From NCBI RefSeq assembly GCF_009914755.1, contig NC_060939.1: a stretch of DNA of 64,000 bases. One strand, written 5' to 3'. The DNA is from the human T2T-CHM13v2.0 reference genome, Homo sapiens. Shown one piece after another: positions 45,120 through 59,900 of this stretch (its first letter is position 1; the number at the start of each line of letters is the position of its first letter). The notes beneath the pieces were generated by a model, which searched no databases, was not told the DNA's origin, and saw only the letters and a list, made by a program, of their open reading frames with translations. The translations under genes and the position numbers were made by a program.

Positions 45120-48100
45120 CATAAAATATGAAACTACATCAAATATATATTTTATTCTGTACATAAAATATCAAAGTACACCAGATATATATTCTATAGT
45201 GTACATAAAATATCAAAGTACCCAAACTATACATTATACACTGTACATAAAATATGAAATTACATCAAATATATATTATATTAGGTACATAAAATATGAA
45301 AGTACATCAAATAGAGATTATATACTGTACATAAAATACCAAAGTACCCCAAATATATATTTTATACTGTACATGAAATATCAAAGTTCACACACTATAT
45401 ATTATATACTGTACATAAAATATCAAAGTACCCAAGGTATATATTCTATATTGTACAAAAAATATCAAAGTACGCAAAGCATGTATTATATACTGTACAT
45501 AAAATATGAAAGTACATCAAATATATATTTTATACTGTACATAAAATATCAAAGTACACCAGATATATATTCTATAGTGTACATAAAATATCAAAGTACC
45601 CAAACTATACATTATATACTGTACATAAAATATGAAATTACATCAAATATATATTATATTAGGTACATAAAATATGAAAGTACATAAAATATAGATTATA
45701 TACTGTACATAAAATATCAAAGTACCCCAAATATATATTATATACTCTACATGAAATATCAAAGTTCACAAACTATATATTATATACTGTACATAAAATA
45801 TCAAAGTAACCAAGGTATATATTCTATACTGTACAAAAAATATCAAAGTATCCAAAGCATGTATTATATACTGTATATAAAATATGAAAGTACATTAAAT
45901 ATATATTTTATTCTGTACATAAAATATCAAAGTACACCAGATATATATTCTATAGTGTACATAAAATAACAAAGTACACAAACTATAAATTATATACTGT
46001 ACATAAAATGTGAAATTACATCAAATATATATTAGGTACATAAAATATGAAAGTACATCAAATATAGATTATATACTGTACATAAAATATCAATGTATCC
46101 CAAATATATATTTTATACTCTACATGAAATATCAAAGTTCACAAACCATATATTATATACTGTACATAAAATATCAAAGTACCCAAGGTATATATTCTAT
46201 ACTGTACAAAAAATATCAAAGTACCCAAAGCATGTATTATATACTGTACATAAAATATGAAAGTACATCAAATATATATTTTATTCTGTACATAAAATAT
46301 CAAAGTACACCAGATATATATTCTATAGTGTACATAAAATAACAAAGTACACAAACTATACATTATACACTGTACATAAAATATGAAATTACATCAAATA
46401 TATATTAGGTACATTAAATATGAAAGTACATCAAATATAGATTATATACTGTACATAAAATATCAAAGTACCCCAAATATATATTATATTCTCTACATGA
46501 AATATCAAAGTTCACAAACTATATATTATATACTGTACATAAAATATCAAAGTACCCAAGGTATATATTCTATACTGTACAAAAAATATCAAAGTACCCA
46601 AAGCATGTATTATATACTGTACATAAAATATGAAAGTACATCAAATATATATTTTATTCTGTACATAAAATATCAAAGTACACCAGATATATATTCTATA
46701 GTGTACATAAAATATCAAAATACCCAAACTATACATTATATACTGTACATAAAATATGAAATTACATCAAACATATATTATATTAGGTACATAAAATATG
46801 AAAGCACATCAAATATAGATTATATACTGTACATTAAATACCAAAGTACCCCAAATATATATTTTATTCTGTACATCAAATATCAAAGTTCACAAACTAT
46901 ATATTATATACTGTACATAAAATATCAAAGTACCCATGGTATATATTCTACACTGTACAAAAAATATCAAAGTACCCAAAGCATGTATTACATACTGTAT
47001 ATAAAATATGAAAGTACATCACATATATATTTTATTCTGTACATAAAATATCAAAGTACACCAGATATATATTCTATAGTGTACATAAAATAACAAAGTT
47101 CAAAAACTATGAATTATATGCTGTACATAAATATGAAATTACATCAAATATATATTAGGTACATAAAATATGAAAGTACATCAAATATAGATTATATACT
47201 GTACATAAAATATCAATGTACCCCAAATATATATTTTATACTCTACATGAAATATGAAAGTTCACAAACCATATATTATATACTGTACATAAAATATCAA
47301 AGTACCCAAGGTATATATTCTATACTGTACAAAAAATATCAAAGTACCCAAAGCATGTATTATATACTGTACATAAAATATGAAACTACATCAAATATAT
47401 ATTTTATTCTGTACATAAAATATCAAAGTACACCAGATATATATTCTATAGTGTACATAAAATATCAAAGTACCCAAACTATACATTATACACTGTACAT
47501 AAAATATGAAATTACATCAAATATATATTATATTAGGTACATAAAATATGAAAGTACATCAAATATAGATTATATACTGTACATAAAATACCAAAGTACC
47601 CCAAATATATATTTTATACTGTACATGAAATATCAAAGTTCACACACTATATATTATATACTGTACATAAAATATCAAAGTACCCAAGGTATATATTCTA
47701 TATTGTACAAAAAATATCAAAGTACGCAAAGCATGTATTATATACTGTACATAAAATATGAAAGTACATCAAATATATATTTTATACTGTACATAAAATA
47801 TCAAAGTACACCAGATATATATTCTATAGTGTACATAAAATATCAAAGTACCCAAACTATACATTATATACTGTACATAAAATATGAAATTACATCAAAT
47901 ATATATTATATTAGGTACATAAAATATGAAAGTACATAAAATATAGATTATATACTGTACATAAAATATCAAAGTACCCCAAATATATATTATATACTCT
48001 ACATGAAATATCAAAGTTCACAAACTATATATTATATACTGTACATAAAATATCAAAGTAACCAAGGTATATATTCTATACTGTACAAAAAATATCAAAG

Positions 48101-51100
48101 TATCCAAAGCATGTATTATATACTGTATATAAAATATGAAAGTACATTAAATATATATTTTATTCTGTTTATAAAATATCAAAGTACACCAGATACATAT
48201 TCTATAGTGTACATAAAATAACAAAGTACACAAACTATAAATTATATACTGTACATAAAATATGAAATTACATCAAATATATACTAGGTACATAAAATAT
48301 GAAAGTACATCAAATATAGATTATATACTGTACATATAATATCAATGTACCCGAAATATATATTTTTTACTCTACATGAAATATCAAAGTTCACAAACCA
48401 TACATTATATACTGTACATAAAATATCAAAGTACCCAAGGTATATATTCTATACTGTACAAAAAATATCAAAGTACCCAAAGCATGTATTATATACTGTA
48501 CATAAAATATGAAAGTACTTCAAATATATATTTTATTCTGTACATAAAATATCAAAGTACACCAGATATATATTCTATAGTGTACATAAAATATCAAAGT
48601 ACCCAAACTATACATTATACACTGTACATAAAATATGAAATTACATCAAATATATATTAGGTACATTAAATATGAAAGTACATCAAATATAGATTATATA
48701 CAGTACATAAAATATCAAAGTACCCCAAATATATATTATATTCTCTACATGAAATATCAAAGTTCACAAACTATATATTATATACTGTACATAAAATATC
48801 AAAGTACCCAAGGTATATATTCTATACTGTACAAAAAATATCAAAGTACCCAAAGCATGTATTATATACTGTACATAAAATATGAAAGTACATCAAATAT
48901 ATATTTTATTCTGTACATAAAATATCAAAGTACACCAGATATATATTATATAGTGTACATAAAATATCAAAATACCCAAACTATACATTATATACTGTAC
49001 ATAAAATATGAAATTACATCAAACATATATTATATTAGGTACATAAAATATGAAAGCACATCAAATATAGATTATATACTGTACATTAAATACCAAAGTA
49101 CCCCAAATATATATTTTATTCTGTACATCAAATATCAAAGTTCACAAACTATATATTATATACTGTACATAAAATATCAAAGTACCCATGGTATATATTC
49201 TACACTGTACAAAAAATATCAAAGTACCCAAAGCATGTATTACATACTGTATATAAAATATGAAAGTACATCACATATATATTTTATTCTGTACATAAAA
49301 TATCAAAGTACACCAGATATATATTCTATAGTGTAGATAAAATAACAAAGTTCAAAAACTATGAATTATATGCTGTACATAAATATGAAATTACATCAAA
49401 TATATATTAGGTACATAAAATATGAAAGTACATCAAATATAGATTATATACTGTACATAAAATATCAATGTACCCCAAATATATATTTTATACTCTACAT
49501 GAAATATGAAAGTTCACAAACCATATATTATATACTGTACATAAAATATCAAAGTACCCAAGGTATATATTCTATACTGTACAAAAAATATCAAAGTACC
49601 CAAAGCATGTATTATATACTGTACATAAAATATGAAACTACATCAAATATATATTTTATTCTGTACATAAAATATCAAAGTACACCAGATATATATTCTA
49701 TAGTGTACATAAAATATCAAAGTACCCAAACTATACATTATACACTGTACATAAAATATGAAATTACATCAAATATATATTATATTAGGTACATAAAATA
49801 TGAAAGTACATCAAATATAGATTATATACTGTACATAAAATACCAAAGTACCCCAAATATATATTTTATACTGTACATGAAATATCAAAGTTCACACACT
49901 ATATATTATATACTGTACATAAAATATCAAAGTACCCAAGGTATATATTCTATATTGTACAAAAAATATCAAAGTACGCAAAGCATGTATTATATACTGT
50001 ACATAAAATATGAAAGTACATCAAATATATATTTTATACTGTACATAAAATATCAAAGTACACCAGATATATATTCTATAGTGTACATAAAATATCAAAG
50101 TACCCAAACTATACATTATATACTGTACATAAAATATGAAATTACATCAAATATATATTATATTAGGTACATAAAATATGAAAGTACATAAAATATAGAT
50201 TATATACTGTACATAAAATATCAAAGTACCCCAAATATATATTATATACTCTACATGAAATATCAAAGTTCACAAACTATATATTATATACTGTACATAA
50301 AATATCAAAGTAACCAAGGTATATATTCTATACTGTACAAAAAATATCAAAGTATCCAAAGCATGTATTATATACTGTATATAAAATATGAAAGTACATT
50401 AAATATATATTTTATTCTGTACATAAAATATCAAAGTACACCAGATATATATTCTATAGTGTACATAAAATAACAAAGTACACAAACTATAAATTATATA
50501 CTGTACATAAAATGTGAAATTACATCAAATATATATTAGGTACATAAAATATGAAAGTACATCAAATATAGATTATATACTGTACATAAAATATCAATGT
50601 ATCCCAAATATATATTTTATACTCTACATGAAATATCAAAGTTCACAAACCATATATTATATACTGTACATAAAATATCAAAGTACCCAAGGTATATATT
50701 CTATACTGTACAAAAAATATCAAAGTACCCAAAGCATGTATTATATACTGTACATAAAATATGAAAGTACATCAAATATATATTTTATTCTGTACATAAA
50801 ATATCAAAGTACACCAGTTATATATTCTATAGTGTACATAAAATAACAAAGTACACAAACTATACATTATACACTGTACATAAAATATGAAATTACATCA
50901 AATATATATTAGGTACATTAAATATGAAAGTACATCAAATATAGATTATATACTGTACATAAAATACCAAAGTACCCCAAATATATATTATATTCTCTAC
51001 ATGAAATATCAAAGTTCACAAACTATATATTATATACTGTACATAAAATATCAAAGTACCCAAGGTATATATTCTATACTGTACAAAAAATATCAAAGTA

Positions 51101-54100
51101 CCCAAAGCATGTATTATATACTGTACATAAAATATGAAAGTACATCAAATATATATTTTATTCTGTACATAAAATATCAAAGTACACCAGATATATATTC
51201 TATAGTGTACATAAAATATCAAAATACCCAAACTATACATTATATACTGTACATAAAATATGAAATTACATCAAACATATATTATATTAGGTACATAAAA
51301 TATGAAAGCACATCAAATATAGATTATATACTGTACATTAAATACCAAAGTACCCCAAATATATATTTTATTCTGTACATCAAATATCAAAGTTCACAAA
51401 CTATATATTATATACTGTACATAAAATATCAAAGTACCCATGGTATATATTCTATACTGTACAAAAAATATCAAAGTACCCAAAGCATGTATTACATACT
51501 GTATATAAAATATGAAAGTACATCACATATATATTTTATTCTGTACATAAAATATCAAAGTACACCAGATATATATTCTATAGTGTACATAAAATAACAA
51601 AGTTCAAAAACTATGAATTATATGCTGTACATAAATATGAAATTACATCAAATATATATTAGGTACATAAAATATGAAAGTACATCAAATATAGATTATA
51701 TACTGTACATAAAATATCAATGTACCCCAAATATGTATTTTATACTCTACATGAAATATGAAAGTTCACAAACCATATATTATATACTGTACATAAAATA
51801 TCAAAGTACCCAAGGTATATATTCTATACTGTACAAAAAATATCAAAGTACCCAAAGCATGTATTATATACTGTACATAAAATATGAAACTACATCAAAT
51901 ATATATTTTATTCTGTACATAAAATATCAAAGTACACCAGATATATATTCTATAGTGTACATAAAATATCAAAGTACCCAAACTATACATTATACACTGT
52001 ACATAAAATATGAAATTACATCAAATATATATTATATTAGGTACATAAAATATGAAAGTACATCAAATAGAGATTATATACTGTACATAAAATACCAAAG
52101 TACCCCAAATATATATTTTATACTGTACATGAAATATCAAAGTTCACACACTATATATTATATACTGTACATAAAATATCAAAGTACCCAAGGTATATAT
52201 TCTATATTGTACAAAAAATATCAAAGTACGCAAAGCATGTATTATATACTGTACATAAAATATGAAAGTACATCAAATATATATTTTATACTGTACATAA
52301 AATATCAAAGTACACCAGATATATATTCTATAGTGTACATAAAATATCAAAGTACCCAAACTATACATTATATACTGTACATAAAATATGAAATTACATC
52401 AAATATATATTATATTAGGTACATAAAATATGAAAGTACATAAAATATAGATTATATACTGTACATAAAATATCAAAGTACCCCAAATATATATTATATA
52501 CTCTACATGAAATATCAAAGTTCACAAACTATATATTATATACTGTACATAAAATATCAAAGTAACCAAGGTATATATTCTATACTGTACAAAAAATATC
52601 AAAGTATCCAAAGCATGTATTATATACTGTATATAAAATATGAAAGTACATTAAATATATATTTTATTCTGTACATAAAATATCAAAGTACACCAGATAT
52701 ATATTCTATAGTGTACATAAAATAACAAAGTACACAAACTATAAATTATATACTGTACATAAAATGTGAAATTACATCAAATATATATTAGGTACATAAA
52801 ATATGAAAGTACATCAAATATAGATTATATACTGTACATAAAATATCAATGTATCCCAAATATATATTTTATACTCTACATGAAATATCAAAGTTCACAA
52901 ACCATATATTATATACTGTACATAAAATATCAAAGTACCCAAGGTATATATTCTATACTGTACAAAAAATATCAAAGTACCCAAAGCATGTATTATATAC
53001 TGTACATAAAATATGAAAGTACATCAAATATATATTTTATTCTGTACATAAAATATCAAAGTACACCAGATATATATTCTATAGTGTACATAAAATAACA
53101 AAGTACACAAACTATACATTATACACTGTACATAAAATATGAAATTACATCAAATATATATTAGGTACATTAAATATGAAAGTACATCAAATATAGATTA
53201 TATACTGTACATAAAATATCAAAGTACCCCAAATATATATTATATTCTCTACATGAAATATCAAAGTTCACAAACTATATATTATATACTGTACATAAAA
53301 TATCAAAGTACCCAAGGTATATATTCTATACTGTACAAAAAATATCAAAGTACCCAAAGCATGTATTATATACTGTACATAAAATATGAAAGTACATCAA
53401 ATATATATTTTATTCTGTACATAAAATATCAAAGTACACCAGATATATATTCTATAGTGTACATAAAATATCAAAATACCCAAACTATACATTATATACT
53501 GTACATAAAATATGAAATTACATCAAATATATATTATATTAGGTACATAAAATATGAAAGCACATCAAATATAGATTATATACTGTACATTAAATACCAA
53601 AGTACCCCAAATATATATTTTATTCTGTACATCAAATATCAAAGTTCACAAACTATATATTATATACTGTACATAAAATATCAAAGTACCCATGGTATAT
53701 ATTCTACACTGTACAAAAAATATCAAAGTACCCAAAGCATGTATTACATACTGTATATAAAATATGAAAGTACATCACATATATATTTTATTCTGTACAT
53801 AAAATATCAAAGTACACCAGATATATATTCTATAGTGTACATAAAATAACAAAGTTCAAAAACTATGAATTATATGCTGTACATAAATATGAAATTACAT
53901 CAAATATATATTAGGTACATAAAATATGAAAGTACATCAAATATAGATTATATACTGTACATAAAATATCAATGTACCCCAAATATGTATTTTATACTCT
54001 ACATGAAATATGAAAGTTTACAAACCATATATTATATACTGTACATAAAATATCAAAGTACCCAAGGTATATATTCTATACTGTACAAAAAATATCAAAG

Positions 54101-54245
54101 TACCCAAAGCATGTATTATATACTGTACATAAAATATGAAACTACATCAAATATATATTTTATTCTGTACATAAAATATCAAAGTACACCAGATATATAT
54201 TCTATAGTGTACATAAAATATCAAAGTACCCAAACTATACATTAT
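45120..54245 (+). repeat. 2252-bp super-repeat, about 4 tandem copies (six 9-mers, 54 monomers each)
   Basis: ORF starts 45751/48003/50255/52507 and 47109/49361/51613/53865. Marker GAAACTACATC recurs at about 45134, 47386, 49638, 51890, 54142. Unit = 373+373+377+373+378+378. Confidence 0.93.
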
Positions 54246-56999
54246 ATATTGTACGTAAAATATGAAATTACATCAAATATATATTATATTAGGTACATAA
54301 AATATGAAAGTACATCAAAGATAGATTATATACTGTACATAAAATATCAAAGTACCCCAAATATATATTATATACTCTACATGAAATATCAAAGTTCACA
54401 AACTATATATTATATACTGTACATAAAATATCAAAGTACCCAAGGTATATATTCTATACTGTACAAAAAATATCAAAGTACCCAAAGCATGTATTATATA
54501 CTGTACATAAAATATGAAAGTACATCAAATATATATTTTATTCTGTACATAAAATAATAAAGTACACCAGATATATATTCTATAGTGTACATAAAATATC
54601 AAAGTACCCAAACTATACATTATATACTGTACATAAAATATGAGATTACATCAAATATATATTATATTAGGTACATAAAATATGAAAGTACATCAAATAT
54701 AGATTATATACTGTACATAAAATATCAAAGTACCCCAAATATATATTATATACTCTACATGAAATATCAAAGTTCACAAACTATATATTATATACTGTAC
54801 ATAAAATATCAAAGTACCCAAGGTATATATTCTATACTGTACAAAAAATATCAAAGTACCCAAAGCATGTATTATATACTGTATATAAAATATGAAAGTA
54901 CATTAAATATATATTTTATTTTGTACATAAAATATCAAAGTACACCAGATATATATTCTATAGTGTACATAAAATAACAAAGTACACAAACTATAAATTA
55001 TATACTGTACATAAAATATGAAATTACATCAAATATATATTAGGTAAATAAAATATGAAAGTACATCAAATATATATTTTATTCTGTACATAAAATATCA
55101 AAGTACACCAGATATATATTCTATAGTGTACATAAAATATCAAAGTACTCAAACTATACATTATATACTGTACATAAAATATGAAAATACATCAAATATA
55201 TTTTATATTAGGTACATAAAATATGAAAGTACATCAAATATAGATTATATACTGTACATAAAATATCAAAGTACCCCAAATATATATTATATACTCTACA
55301 TGAAATATCAAAGTTCACAAACTATATATTATATACTGTACATAAAATATCAAAGTACCCAAGGTATATATTCTATACTGCACAAAAAGTATCAAAGTAT
55401 CCAAAGCATGTATTATAAACTGTACATAAAATATGAAAGTACATCAAATATATATTTTATTCTGTACATAAAATATCAAAGTACACCAGATATATATTCT
55501 ATAGTGTACATAAAATATCAAAGTACCCAAACTATACATTATATACTGTACATAAAATATGAAATTACATCAAATATATATTAGGTCCATAAAATATGAA
55601 AGTACATCTAATATAGATTATATACTGTACATAAAATATCAATGTACCCCAAATATATATTTTATACTCTACATGAAATATCAAAGTTCACAATCCATAC
55701 ATTATATACTGTACATAAAATATCAAATTACCCAAGGTATATATTCTATACTGTACAAAAAATATCAAAGTACCCAAAGAATGTATTATATACTGTACAT
55801 AAAATATGAAAGTACATCAAATATATATTTTATTCTGTACATAAAATATCAAAGTACACCAGTTATATATTCTATAGTGTACATAAAATATCAAAGTACC
55901 CAAACTATACATTATATACTGTACATAAAATATGAAATTACATCAAATATATATTAGGTACATAAAATATGAAAGTACATCTAATATAGATTATATACTG
56001 TACATAAAATATCAATATACCCCAAATATATATTTTATACTCTACATGAAATATCAAAGTTCAGAAACCATATATTGTATACTGTACATAAAATATCAAA
56101 ATACCCAAGGTATATATTCTATACTGTACAAAAAATATCAAAGTACCCAAAGCATGTATTATATACTGTACATAAAATATGAAAGTACATCAAATATATA
56201 TTTTATTCTGTACATAAAATATCAAAGTACACCAGATATATATTCTATAGTGTACATAAAATATCAAAGTACCCAAAGTATACATTATATACTGTACATA
56301 AAATATGAAATTACATCAAATACATATTAGGTACATAAAATATGAAGTACATCAAATATAGATTATATACTGTACATAAAATATCAAAGTACCCCAAATA
56401 TGTATTATATACTCTACATGAAATATCAAAGTTCACAAACTATATATTATATACTGTACATAAAATATCAAATTACCCAAGGTATATATTCTATACTGCA
56501 CAAAAAATATCAAAGTACCCAAAGCATGTATTATAAACTGTACATAAAATATGAAAGTACATCAAATATATATTTTATTCTGTACATAAAATATCAAAGT
56601 ACACCAGATATATATTCTATAGTGTACATAAAATATCAAAGTACCCAAACTATACATTATATACTGTACATAAAATATGAAATTACATCAAATATATATT
56701 AGGTACATAAAATATGAAAGTACATCAAATATAGATTATATACTGTACATAAAATATCAATGTATCCCAAATATATATTTTATACTCTACATGAAATATC
56801 AAAGTTCACAAACCATATATTATATACTGTACATAAAATATCAAAGTACCCAAGGTATATATTCTATACTGTACAAAAAATATCAAAGTACCCAAAGCAT
56901 GTATTATATACTGTACATAAAATATGAAAGTACATCAAATATATATTTTATTCTGTACATAAAATATCAAAGTACACCAGATATATATTCTATAGTGTA

Positions 57000-59900
57000 C
57001 ATAAAATATCAAAGTACCCAAACTATACATTATATACTGTACATAAAATATGAAATTACATCAAATATATATTATATTAGGTACATAAAATATGAAAGTA
57101 CATAAAATATAGATTATATACTGTACATAAAATATCAAAGTACCCCAAATATATATTATATACTCTACATGAAATATCAAAGTTCACAAACTATATATTA
57201 TATACTGTACATAAAATATCAAAGTAACCAAGGTATATATTCTATACTGTACAAAAAATATCAAAGTATCCAAAGCATGTATTATATACTGTATATAAAA
57301 TATGAAAGTACATTAAATATATATTTTATTCTGTACATAAAATATCAAAGTACACCAGATATATATTCTATAGTGTACATAAAATAACAAAGTACACAAA
57401 CTATAAATTATATACTGTACATAAAATGTGAAATTACATCAAATATATATTAGGTACATAAAATATGAAAGTACATCAAATATAGATTATATACTGTACA
57501 TAAAATATCAATGTATCCCAAATATATATTTTATACTCTACATGAAATATCAAAGTTCACAAACCATATATTATATACTGTACATAAAATATCAAAGTAC
57601 CCAAGGTATATATTCTATACTGTACAAAAAATATCAAAGTACCCAAAGCATGTATTATATACTGTACATAAAATATGAAAGTACATCAAATATATATTTT
57701 ATTCTGTACATAAAATATCAAAGTACACCAGATATATATTCTATAGTGTACATAAAATAACAAAGTACACAAACTATACATTATACACTGTACATAAAAT
57801 ATGAAATTACATCAAATATATATTAGGTACATTAAATATGAAAGTACATCAAATATAGATTATATACTGTACATAAAATATCAAAGTACCCCAAATATAT
57901 ATTATATTCTCTACATGAAATATCAAAGTTCACAAACTATATATTATATACTGTACATAAAATATCAAAGTACCCAAGGTATATATTCTATACTGTACAA
58001 AAAATATCAAAGTACCCAAAGCATGTATTATATACTGTACATAAAATATGAAAGTACATCAAATATATATTTTATTCTGTACATAAAATATCAAAGTACA
58101 CCAGATATATATTCTATAGTGTACATAAAATATCAAAGTACCCAAACTATACATTATATACTGTACATAAAATATGAAATTACATCAAATATATATTATA
58201 TTAGGTACATAAAATATGAAAGTACATAAAATATAGATTATATACTGTACATAAAATATCAAAGTACCCCAAATATATATTATATACTCTACATGAAATA
58301 TCAAAGTTCACAAACTATATATTATATACTGTACATAAAATATCAAAGTAACCAAGGTATATATTCTATACTGTACAAAAAATATCAAAGTATCCAAAGC
58401 ATGTATTATATACTGTATATAAAATATGAAAGTACATTAAATATATATTTTATTCTGTACATAAAATATCAAAGTACACCAGATATATATTCTATAGTGT
58501 ACATAAAATAACAAAGTACACAAACTATAAATTATATACTGTACATAAAATGTGAAATTACATCAAATATATATTAGGTACATAAAATATGAAAGTACAT
58601 CAAATATAGATTATATACTGTACATAAAATATCAATGTATCCCAAATATATATTTTATACTCTACATGAAATATCAAAGTTCACAAACCATATATTATAT
58701 ACTGTACATAAAATATCAAAGTACCCAAGGTATATATTCTATACTGTACAAAAAATATCAAAGTACCCAAAGCATGTATTATATACTGTACATAAAATAT
58801 GAAAGTACATCAAATATATATTTTATTCTGTACATAAAATATCAAAGTACACCAGATATATATTCTATAGTGTACATAAAATAACAAAGTACACAAACTA
58901 TACATTATACACTGTACATAAAATATGAAATTACATCAAATATATATTAGGTACATTAAATATGAAAGTACATCAAATATAGATTATATACTGTACATAA
59001 AATATCAAAGTACCCCAAATATATATTATATTCTCTACATGAAATATCAAAGTTCACAAACTATATATTATATACTGTACATAAAATATCAAAGTACCCA
59101 AGGTATATATTCTATACTGTACAAAAAATATCAAAGTACCCAAAGCATGTATTATATACTGTACATAAAATATGAAAGTACATCAAATATATATTTTATT
59201 CTGTACATAAAATATCAAAGTACACCAGATATATGTTCTATAGTGTACATAAAATATCAAAATACCCAAACTATACATTATATACTGTACATAAAATATG
59301 AAATTACATCAAACATATATTATATTAGGTACATAAAATATGAAAGCACATCAAATATAGATTATATACTGTACATTAAATACCAAAGTACCCCAAATAT
59401 ATATTTTATTCTGTACATCAAATATCAAAGTTCACAAACTATATATTATATACTGTACATAAAATATCAAAGTACCCATGGTATATATTCTACACTGTAC
59501 AAAAAATATCAAAGTACCCAAAGCATGTATTACATACTGTATATAAAATATGAAAGTACATCACATATATATTTTATTCTGTACATAAAATATCAAAGTA
59601 CACCAGATATATATTCTATAGTGTACATAAAATAACAAAGTTCAAAAACTATGAATTATATGCTGTACATAAATATGAAATTACATCAAATATATATTAG
59701 GTACATAAAATATGAAAGTACATCAAATATAGATTATATACTGTACATAAAATATCAATGTACCCCAAATATATATTTTATACTCTACATGAAATATGAA
59801 AGTTCACAAACCATATATTATATACTGTACATAAAATATCAAAGTACCCAAGGTATATATTCTATACTGTACAAAAAATATCAAAGTACCCAAAGCATGT

